This document shows positions 17,799 to 26,565 of a stretch of 32,000 bases of DNA, piece by piece. Source of the stretch: Candidatus Iainarchaeum sp. (lineage in GTDB: Archaea; Iainarchaeota; Iainarchaeia; Iainarchaeales; CSSED10-239). The translations under genes and the position numbers were made by a program. How positions within the stretch are numbered: position 1 is the stretch's first letter; every line of letters begins with the position of its first letter. The notes beneath the pieces were generated by a model that had not been told where the DNA came from, did no database searches, and saw only the letters and a list, made by a program, of their open reading frames with translations. The stretch is taken from contig JAQVTI010000005.1 of assembly GCA_028700115.1 (NCBI GenBank), positions 1-32,000 of the forward strand, in the 5' to 3' direction.

Positions 17799-19271
17799 CT
17801 AATATGATTTTCCTATATATACAATACAATTTGCCTTTTTACCACAAACAACACAAGTATCATTTTCATCAGGATTTTCATCAAAATCCATTCTAATTCC
17901 TCTAATATCTGCTCCTTTTGTATCAAATTTAATTTTATCTGCACATTCTTTTCCATCTTCTATTGAGCAAAATGGAACTCTAATTATTTTATTTTCTTTA
18001 TCTAAAATTTCTAAAAGATCATTATAATTATCAACAGTTACAATTTTTTCAGAAAATTCTAAATCTGCTTGCTTTTTTAAATTATTTGTAAATTCTAATG
18101 AAATTTTTTTAATTTCATCATAAATATCTGCAATATAAATCTTAATTTTTTCATTAAAATCTCTTCTAAAAACAGTTATTGTCCCTTGAAAAATATCTTT
18201 TGGTCCAATTTCTATTCTTAAAGGAACTCCTTTCATTTCATAATATGAGAATCTTTCTTTTGGGGTTTTTTCTTTATCATCATCAATTTTTACTCTATAT
18301 CCAATTTTATCTAAATTTTCTGCAATATCTAAACACATTTCTTCAATTTTTTGATTATCTGCATCACTAAAATATAATGGTAAAATAATTATTTGTATAG
18401 GTGCAAGCTCAAAAGGGAGTCTCAAACCATTACAATCTCCATGAACACCAATCATACCACCATAAATTCTAGAAATTGCAGGACCATAACATGTCCCAAA
18501 TGCAAATTTTTCTTTTTCATCTCTATCTTTAAATTTAACATTAAATGTTTCTGTAAATTTTGTTCCTAAAAGATGAGTTGAAGGAAGTTGTAAAATTTTA
18601 CCATTTGGTAAAATAACATCTGCTGCATAAGTATTTATTGCACCAGGAAATTTATCCCATTGTGGTCTTTTAAAAAAAATAAATGGTATTCCAAAAGTAT
18701 CATGAAGCATTTCTTCAGTAATTTGCATATCTTCTAAAACTTGTTCTTCTGCATCTTCTAAAGTTTCAAAAATATTATGAGATTCATACCAATAAAATTC
18801 TCTACCTCTTATAAATGGTTTAGTTGCTTTTGATTCATATCTGAAAACATTTGCTCTTTGATAAGTTTTTAATGGTAAATCTTTATAACTTTTAAGCCAA
18901 TAACTAAACATATAATAAAATGCAGTTTCAGAAGTTGGTCTTAAAGCATATTTATTTTCAAAATTTTCATTACCATGTTGTGTAACCCAAAAAACTTCTG
19001 GAGAAAAACCTTCTACATGTTCTGATTCTTTTAAAAAATTTTCTTCAGGTATTAATGTTGGAAGAATTAATTGTTGATGTCCTGTTTCATTAAATTTATC
19101 TTCATAAACTCTAAACATATAGCTAATTGAAAAAACAGACCATGGTCTAAAAACTACTAATCCTTTAATATTATATCTTATATCTGCAAGTTCTGCTTTA
19201 TAGATAATATCATTAAACCATTCATTAAAGTCTTCTATTTTATATTTTTCTTCACTAACCATATATTTCAC
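17799..19271 (-). CDS. proS: Prolyl-tRNA synthetase, archaeal/eukaryotic type
   Basis: Contains YALRPTSETAFYYMFSYWLKSYKDLPLKTYQRANVFRYESKATKPFIRGREFYWYESHNIF, HGDCNGLRLPFELAPIQIIILP, and C-terminal Cys-pair tail. Confidence 0.97.
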   Translation of the reverse strand: MKYMVSEEKYKIEDFNEWFNDIIYKAELADIRYNIKGLVVFRPWSVFSISYMFRVYEDKFNETGHQQLILPTLIPEENFLKESEHVEGFSPEVFWVTQHGNENFENKYALRPTSETAFYYMFSYWLKSYKDLPLKTYQRANVFRYESKATKPFIRGREFYWYESHNIFETLEDAEEQVLEDMQITEEMLHDTFGIPFIFFKRPQWDKFPGAINTYAADVILPNGKILQLPSTHLLGTKFTETFNVKFKDRDEKEKFAFGTCYGPAISRIYGGMIGVHGDCNGLRLPFELAPIQIIILPLYFSDADNQKIEEMCLDIAENLDKIGYRVKIDDDKEKTPKERFSYYEMKGVPLRIEIGPKDIFQGTITVFRRDFNEKIKIYIADIYDEIKKISLEFTNNLKKQADLEFSEKIVTVDNYNDLLEILDKENKIIRVPFCSIEDGKECADKIKFDTKGADIRGIRMDFDENPDENDTCVVCGKKANCIVYIGKSY

Positions 19272-19459
19272 ATATTTTAATTTAATATTTTTTAGGATTT
19301 ATTTAGATTTATTAGAAAATATATATTTTTAAATAAATAATTTAAAAAATTATTAAATATTAAAATAAATCTAAATTAATATATAAACTAATTTTAAATA
19401 TATATATAGTTTATATATATTATATAAATATATAAAACACAATTTAAATATATCTAAAT

Positions 19460-20323
19460 TTATTTTATATAATATTCTCTTAAAACATCATTTAAAACTT
19501 TAGTTCTAGCAAAAATATCTTTTAAATTATTAGAAACTAATATATTTAATTCTTTTCTTTCATTTTTCATTTTTTTTAAATTTATATTAAAATTATTTAT
19601 ATTATTATTAATTTCTTCAATTTTAGAATTTAATTCTGAAATAATTCTATATTTTATTTTTTGTTGATATTTGTTTTCTTCACTAGAAATTGAATCAAGA
19701 GATCTAGAAAAATAATATTCTTTTTTTGCTTCTTCTTTTAATTTTATTTTTTTAAGATTTTGTTGATTTATAAATTCAGTGATATTTTTTTTATTAAAAT
19801 GATTAATATATTCTATATGTTTATATAATTTATTAAGATTAGAACTATTTTCTAAATATAATTTTAAATTTAAATTAAACATTTTTAAAATTATTTTTTC
19901 ACTAGTATTCAATTTACCTGATTTTGAAAAATAACCATATATTTCTTTAAAGAAAGAATATACCTCTGTATTAGATTTGAAAATTGAATTGCTTTCTGGA
20001 ATTTTAGGCAAAGACGAAAATTTATATTTATCTTTAATATATTTTAAAAAATCTAGTGAATTTTTTGAATTATAATTAAATAATTCTAAATTATGAATAG
20101 ATGCATTTCTAAGATCTGCTTTATAATAATTTCCAAATCTAGATTCTTTTACATTTAAATAGTTATAAAAATTTATATTCTTATATTCTTCAAATTTATT
20201 TTTAAAAAAAGAAATTTTTGGTTTTAAATATTCAGAAGTTTTTTTAAACCTAATTTTTAATTGATTCTTATTTTTTTCAGAGTTAGATTTTTTATTATTT
20301 TTATTTGAATTATTTTTAATCAT
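19460..20323 (-). CDS. Hypothetical Lys/Asn-rich coiled-coil protein (287 aa from revised start)
   Basis: The ORF track start at 20392 lies inside the tRNA gene. The first plausible Met outside the tRNA is at 20321..20323 (MIKNNSNKNNKK...). No family recognised. Confidence 0.6.
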   Translation of the reverse strand: MIKNNSNKNNKKSNSEKNKNQLKIRFKKTSEYLKPKISFFKNKFEEYKNINFYNYLNVKESRFGNYYKADLRNASIHNLELFNYNSKNSLDFLKYIKDKYKFSSLPKIPESNSIFKSNTEVYSFFKEIYGYFSKSGKLNTSEKIILKMFNLNLKLYLENSSNLNKLYKHIEYINHFNKKNITEFINQQNLKKIKLKEEAKKEYYFSRSLDSISSEENKYQQKIKYRIISELNSKIEEINNNINNFNINLKKMKNERKELNILVSNNLKDIFARTKVLNDVLREYYIK

Positions 20324-20352
20324 AAAAATCAAATTATTAAAGATAATATAAA

Positions 20353-20427
20353 TGGGACCACCCCGATTTGAACGGGGGTCGAAAGCTCCCAAAGCTCACA
20401 TGCTAGACCAGGCTACACCATGGCCCC
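20353..20427 (-). tRNA. tRNA-Pro (anticodon UGG), 75 nt, CCA not encoded
   Basis: Complement folds as GGGGCCA..TGGTCCC acceptor (G4-U69 wobble), D arm GTGT-AGCCTGGTCTA-GCAT, anticodon loop TTTGGGA, T arm CCCCG-TTCAAAT-CGGGG, discriminator A. Only GC-rich island in the window and close to proS. Confidence 0.95.
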
Positions 20428-20593
20428 TTTTAAGATTTATATTATATTTTTAAAATATGATATATATCTATATAATATAGAAACAATATGTTTATAAATA
20501 AATTTTTTTAAAAAAAATAATGTTTTAGAAATAAATCCTAATAAAATATGATTTTTTACAATAAATTATATTTATATCTATATTAAATATATT

Positions 20594-21706
20594 TTATTTA
20601 TTCCAAAGATCCCAATATTTATTAAAATAATTAATATACTCTTTTGTAATATTTTCGTCATAAATAAAAATTATACTTTCATCATTATTTGAAATTCCAT
20701 TATTAGACAAATTCATAGAACCAGTCATAACAAAAGAATTATCAAAAATACAAAATTTATTATGCATACTTTCTGGATTTTTATCTTTTATTGTAAATAT
20801 ATTTTTATCAATTAATCTATCAAATTCTGAATAATTATCAATAGTTCTACTTTCTAAAATAAACCTTGAAGGAATTTCCTTAGAAGAAATAATATCTGTA
20901 ACTTCATCAATTGTAAAACTAAAAAACATACAATCAATAGAATTAGCAACTTCTAATTTTTCTAAAAAATGAGAATAACAATCTTCTTCTGGACAAAAAT
21001 AGGTTTCTATATTCCCAAATTGATTTATATAATAATTATTTTTTAGATCTAAACTAAAATTACCATCAAAAAAAGAATCTATTTTTTTCTTAAAAAACAA
21101 TGCTAATTCTTTATCTTCTAAAATTAAAATATTATTATTATTTTTATATACCCCATTTAATGTAAAATTCATAGAACCAATAAATATTTTTTTATTATCA
21201 AAAACACAAAATTTATTATGCATATAAGAAGAACTAGATGGATTAGATATTACAAAAATATTATTTGCTTTTAAATCCCCAATTTTAGAAGTTTTTGTAG
21301 AAGATCTTAAATAATCAGTCACAATTCTTACTTCTAAACCTTCTTTTTTTTTATCAATTAAAGAAGATGAAACTGCATCTAAACTAATATCATAAATCGC
21401 ACAATCAATACTTTCTTTTGAAGAATTAATTAAATTAATTAATTCAACTTCACAATTATCTTCTGGACAAAAATAAACTTCGCTATCAATTATTCTATCT
21501 TTAGACCCATAAACAATTTTATTTTTTAAATCCCCATAAATAATAGATGGTTTTTCTTTAATATTATTAATATCTATATTTATTAAATAATCTGAATTTA
21601 AATCAACTTTAGATAAATCTGTATTTTCTTCTCCAAAAAAAGAAATAATAATTAATAAAACTACAAAAAGTATTAAAATCCAAGTAATTATTTTCCCAAA
21701 ATTCAT
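20594..21706 (-). CDS. Phospholipase D-like protein with N-terminal membrane anchor/signal and two HKD motifs
   Basis: MHNKFCVFDNKKIFIGSMNFT and MHNKFCIFDNSFVMTGSMNLS (HxKx4D twice). N-terminal hydrophobic segment IITWILILFVVLLIIISFF. Confidence 0.9.
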   Translation of the reverse strand: MNFGKIITWILILFVVLLIIISFFGEENTDLSKVDLNSDYLINIDINNIKEKPSIIYGDLKNKIVYGSKDRIIDSEVYFCPEDNCEVELINLINSSKESIDCAIYDISLDAVSSSLIDKKKEGLEVRIVTDYLRSSTKTSKIGDLKANNIFVISNPSSSSYMHNKFCVFDNKKIFIGSMNFTLNGVYKNNNNILILEDKELALFFKKKIDSFFDGNFSLDLKNNYYINQFGNIETYFCPEEDCYSHFLEKLEVANSIDCMFFSFTIDEVTDIISSKEIPSRFILESRTIDNYSEFDRLIDKNIFTIKDKNPESMHNKFCIFDNSFVMTGSMNLSNNGISNNDESIIFIYDENITKEYINYFNKYWDLWNK

Positions 21707-21787
21707 AATTTATCACATAAATATATTATTTTTTAAATAAAAATTTTATAAATAAAAAATTTAAAAAAAAAGAGCTAATTAGAAAAA

Positions 21788-24481
21788 TTAAATAAATTTT
21801 CCACAAAAAAGATCTTTTCCCCCACCTTTTATTTTTTTAGAAACTTTATTTTCTAAATCTGAAATAATTTCAGAAATTTCAATTTGTGATTTAGGTCCTT
21901 TCCATATAAATACATTTAAATTATTATTATATATTGCAATAGTCTTATCTTGTGATTTAGAAATATCCTTTAATTTTTTAAAAATTTTTAAAATTTCTGA
22001 ACTATCTAAATTAAATTTTGCAATTATTTTTTTATCTAAAGTAGAAATTATACTTTTTGTTTCATAATCTGCAATTTTATGTTCTAATTTTTCAATATTT
22101 TTTCTTTGTTCTTTCCACTCTTTAAAAAACACATTAACTGTTTTAAATAATTCTACAGAAGAAACTGACAAAATTTCACTAGTTTTATCTAAAATATTTT
22201 CTTTTTCTCTAATATATCTTAAAGCAGATTTATATGTTGTAAAAATAATCCTGACAACACCATCTTGAACTGAATTTCTTTTAATAATCTTAAAAACACC
22301 AACTTTAGATGTATTATTTAAATGAAGACCAGCACAAGCTTGAACATCAATACCTAAAATTTCAATAATTCTAAGAGAATTCCCTGGAATTGCACCACCT
22401 TGATATAATCTAAATCCATATTTTTTTTCAGCTAGATCTTTATCTAATGTAAAAATATTTATATCAATTGAATCAAATATCCAATTATTAACTAATTCTT
22501 CAATTTGTATAATTTCACTATCTGTGATAGCTTTATAATGAGTAATATCTAAATGTGCTTGGTTTATATCTTTATAAGCCCCAGCTTGCCAAATATGATT
22601 TCCTAAAATTTGTTTACAAGCTGCATTTAATAAATGAGTCCCAGTATGTTGAGATCTAAGTTGCCTTTGTCTATCTACATCTACTAAAAGAACTACTGCT
22701 TGTCCAACATTTAATGTTTTTTGAAAATTATCTAAAATATGTAAAATCTTACCTTCAAAATTATAAACTTCTAAAACATCAAAAGACCCATTAATAGTCC
22801 CTTTATCAAAAGACTGCCCTCCTCCTTCTGGATAAAAAACAGTTTGATCTAAAATAACCAAATTTTTAGATGCATATATGATTTTTGAAACACATTCTGT
22901 TTTATCTTCATAATATATTTTTTTTGTATTTGAAAGCATTTTAATAATTTCTACATTTTCTTTTTCTAAAAGTTTTTCAATTTTATTATTTTCTTTTATT
23001 TTTTCAGTTTCATTACTTTGAGATATTAATTCAAAATAATTAGATGGTATTTTAATTTCTTTTTTTAATTTTAAAGAAGTTTGAATTATTTGTTCTTTAG
23101 TTATTCCATCACTTTTATAAAACATAACCATATCTTTTAAAGAAATATCTTTTCCTGAAGAAAAAAATAATTCTAATTTTTGTTTTGCTTTTATTTGATT
23201 TTCTAAATATTTTTTTCGTTCTTCTTCTAAAATATCACATGCTGATTTATATCCTTTAATAATTGTAGGATCAAATTCTTTTAAAGAATCTATATGAATT
23301 TTAAAAATCTGATTTAAATCTAAATCAAAAGAATATTTTCTTTGCATATCAAATATCCTTCTAGCTAAAATTCTAAGATTATATCCCCCTCCAGAATTAC
23401 TTGGTAAAAGTCCATCTGTACAAGTATATAAAAGTGTTTTAGTATGATCTGCAATTGCATATAATGCAAAAATAGGATCTAAAATTTCAAATAATTCTTT
23501 TTTTGAATATCCTAAATTTTCTGCAATTTTTTCTTGTTCTTTTTCTAAATTTTTTACTTCATCTATATTTAATTTAGATGAATCTTTATAAAAAGCTAAA
23601 AGTAATTTTTTATCAAAATTAATTTTTGTTTTCTTTTTTAAATAATCTAATACTTCTTTAAAAGTAATATCATAACTAGTAGGAGTTCCATTTGTATACC
23701 AAACAAGTCTTTCATAACCTGCACCCATATCTATAACAGGTCTTTCTAATTTTTTATGAGTTCCATTTTTTAAATCTTGAAACTCCATAAAAACACAGTT
23801 TCCTAATTCCACTCCATTTGCAAAATATTCCATTGAAGGCCCAAAATAACCTCCACCTTCCCAAACATCTTCTTTAAAGATTAAGTCTTTTTCTTTAACT
23901 CCAATAACTTTAGTTAAATATTCAAAATCAAGACTAATTGCTTCTTCTTTAAAATATGGTTTTTTTGGATCTGTATTAAATGCATGTTGCCCAAACATAA
24001 CAAATGTTGTATAATGTGTTCCAGTAACTCCTACATTTGAAACATCTCCAAATCAAATAGAAGTCTGTGGGACAATTAAAGGATCTGCTGGAGGTTTAAC
24101 TTCTCCATTTACAACATATGGTTGAAAATCTATAATTGAGGCATTTGTAAAATACAAATCACTTCTCCATCTAGGTATAACTGGATATCTTGGAATTGAA
24201 GTATGTCCATTTTTTTCAAAGAACTTTTCTATTTTTTTCCAACATTCAGTATAACTATATTCTTTTGTTTTTTTACCTAAAAAAGAAACACCCATACAAG
24301 AAGAATCAGAACAAATTTCTTTAGAAGAATCAAGTGTCCAAAATGGATCTCCACAATTTTTACAAATTTTTCTTTCATATCCTAATTTAGTAAGAGCCTT
24401 AACTTGATAATGTTCCTTCCAGTTTTTTTCAAACATAGGTCTAACTTGCTTTTTAAGTAAAGTTTCTGCCATAATTTCCAC
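21788..24481 (-). CDS. alaS: Alanyl-tRNA synthetase, archaeal type, with a single in-frame UGA (complement 24053..24055)
   Basis: Track ORFs 24053..24481 and 21788..23998 are in the same frame (24053-21788 = 755x3) and join as ...[50 protein letters not shown]... . Downstream there is an editing/HxxxH site HTGTHLLN and CAGLHLN. N-terminal CKNCGDPFWTLDSSKEICSDSSC zinc motif. Confidence 0.9.
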
Positions 24482-24617
24482 ATTTATAAATATATAAATA
24501 TATTTTAAAATATATAATATATATAAAGAAGTATTTGTTTTTAAACTTTATTAATTTATAAAAAAATAAAAATAAATATAAAAATAGAAATATTAAAAAA
24601 TATAAATTTTAAAAAAA

Positions 24618-25940
24618 TTAAAGTTTAGATTTTAAAAAAGAAATAGCTTCTTTTACACTATATTCTTTTTCATCTCCAGAAACCATATCTTTAATTTTTA
24701 TAACATTCTTATTAATTTCGTCTTCTCCAATTATACCTACATAAGATATATTTAATTTATTAGCATAATCTAAATTTTTACCAATAGATTTTCTAGATAA
24801 TAAATCATAAGAAGTATTTATTCCATTTTCTCTAAATTCAAAAGCAAGTTTTGAGACTTCTTTTAAAAATTTATTTGAAATTGAACATATATAAAAATCA
24901 ATAGTTGTAAGTTTGTTTAGACCTTCTTTTTGTTTAATAACTTCCATAATTGGTTCAAGTCCAAGACTTGCCCCAACTGCTGGTAAATTCATATTATCAT
25001 TACAAACATATTTACCAATCATCTCATCCCATCTTCCTCCACCAGAAAGTGAAGAAGACATAATCTTTTCATCATTATAAACAACTTCAAAGATAGGACC
25101 TGTATAATAAGATAAACCTCTTGCAAGAGATGGTAAAAATTTATAAGAAATATTTAAATTATCTAAATATGAAAATAGTTCTTTAAGTTCTAAAATGCCT
25201 TCAGTTTGTCCAAGTTTTTCTTCAATTTTATTTAAAATTTCTAAATTGTTTCCTTCTTGACAAATTATTTCAAATATATTATCAATTGTTTCTTCTAAAA
25301 TATCTTTTTCTAGAAGTTCTTTTTTAACTCCAACTTGTCTAATCTTTTTTAGTTTATCTAAACTAATAATAACTGTACTTTGTTTATCTTTAGGTATTTT
25401 TACAAAATCTAAAATTTTAGATAAAAGCTTTCTATTATTAATCTCAATAGTTACATCTAAATCTAATTTTTTAAAAGCATAAGCAATAACAGAAATAATC
25501 TCACAATCTGCAATCATTTCCTTTGCTCCAACAATATCTATATCACATTGATAAAATTCTCTATATCTTCCTTTCTTAATAGGTCCATCTCTAAAAACAG
25601 AACCTATTTGATATCTTTTAAAAGGTAATTTAGTTTGTGGGTTTTGAGCCATAAATCTTGCAAGTGCAAAAGTAAATTCATATCTTAAACCTAACTCTCT
25701 TTTTCCTTGATCTTTAAAAGAATATAATTCACCAACGATGTCTGAATCTTCTCCTGCTCCAAACTTTGCAGTTAAAACTTCTTTTCTTTCGATTATAGGA
25801 GTTTCTAATGGTGAAAAACCATAAATTTCAAAAGCTTTTTTAATTATAGAAATAACTTTATCTCTTAAAATTTTTTCTTCAGGAGAAAAATCTCTAAATC
25901 CTTTTGGAAGTGAAATATCTATTTTTTTCATAAAAGCCAC
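24618..25940 (-). CDS. hisS: Histidyl-tRNA synthetase
   Basis: Contains LPKGFRDFSPEEKILRDKVI, GLRYEFTFALARFMAQN, KRYQIGSVFRDGPIKKGRYREFYQCDIDIVG, LARGLSYYTGPIFEV. Confidence 0.97.
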   Translation of the reverse strand: MAFMKKIDISLPKGFRDFSPEEKILRDKVISIIKKAFEIYGFSPLETPIIERKEVLTAKFGAGEDSDIVGELYSFKDQGKRELGLRYEFTFALARFMAQNPQTKLPFKRYQIGSVFRDGPIKKGRYREFYQCDIDIVGAKEMIADCEIISVIAYAFKKLDLDVTIEINNRKLLSKILDFVKIPKDKQSTVIISLDKLKKIRQVGVKKELLEKDILEETIDNIFEIICQEGNNLEILNKIEEKLGQTEGILELKELFSYLDNLNISYKFLPSLARGLSYYTGPIFEVVYNDEKIMSSSLSGGGRWDEMIGKYVCNDNMNLPAVGASLGLEPIMEVIKQKEGLNKLTTIDFYICSISNKFLKEVSKLAFEFRENGINTSYDLLSRKSIGKNLDYANKLNISYVGIIGEDEINKNVIKIKDMVSGDEKEYSVKEAISFLKSKL

Positions 25941-26147
25941 AATTTTTTTAAATATTATTTATATTTAATTATAAGTACCAACAAATATATAAATTGTTTT
26001 AAGATACTAAATAAATAATTTAAAAAAAATTAAAAGAATATTACTATATTTATATTAAAAAATTATTTTTAAAAAGAAAAAGAAAAAACTTTTTAATTAA
26101 AAATTAAAAAGTTAAAATTATTTGAAAAGAAATTAATATATAAAAAT

Positions 26148-26417
26148 CTATAAACTACTTTTGAAATCTTTTCCAACTTTAAAAGTAACTGTCTTAGAAG
26201 CTTTGATTTTCATTTCTTTTCCTGTTTGTGGATTTCTTCCCATTCTTGCAGCTCTTTTTTTAACATTGAAAGTTCCAAATCCAATTAATTGTAATTTTCC
26301 ATGTTTCTTGATTATCTTTTTCATTACATCCATTTCCATGTTCAAAAGTCTTTCAAGTTCTGCTTTAGAATAATCAGAATTTTTTGCCATTTCTTCAATT
26401 AACATTTTTTTATTCAT
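26148..26417 (-). CDS. hup: Bacterial-type HU/IHF DNA-binding protein
   Basis: KLQLIGFGTFNVKKRAARMGRNPQTGKEMKIKASKTVTFKVGKDFK matches the HU/IHF signature (GFGTF...R.GRNP.TG..). Confidence 0.95.
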   Translation of the reverse strand: MNKKMLIEEMAKNSDYSKAELERLLNMEMDVMKKIIKKHGKLQLIGFGTFNVKKRAARMGRNPQTGKEMKIKASKTVTFKVGKDFKSSL

Positions 26418-26524
26418 ATTTTCTCAAACCCCCGTTATCTATTAAGATAACATTAATTATATTTAATTTTATACATCTAAAGCTTTTTAAACCTTTGTTA
26501 AAAATATACTAAATTTCATATTAA

Positions 26525-26545
26525 AAACCTTATTTATAAGGGTTT
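26525..26545 (-). terminator. Candidate intrinsic-terminator-like hairpin downstream of the C25-like gene
   Basis: aaaccttat-tt-ataagggttt stem (9 bp with one bulged G). On the minus strand it is followed by TTTTTAATATG, located ~20 nt after the stop codon of the 26566 ORF. Confidence 0.4.
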
Positions 26546-26565
26546 AAAGACCAATTATAAAATAT

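Noticed and set aside
18179-18370. 63-aa plus-strand ORF
   Set aside because: Antisense within proS.
19300-19460. Dense TATATA/AAATATAT runs as possible CRISPR or replication origin repeats
   Set aside because: No regular repeat-spacer spacing and no cas genes; appears to be ordinary AT-rich intergenic low complexity.
21788-24481. Genuine two-gene split AlaRS (as known in Nanoarchaeum equitans)
   Set aside because: Both parts are in the same frame and the ~18 codons between the UGA and next Met encode conserved AlaRS residues, so a nonsense codon in one gene fits better than two evolved half-genes.
26161-26373. 70-aa plus-strand ORF
   Set aside because: Antisense to the HU gene, which has a clear family match.
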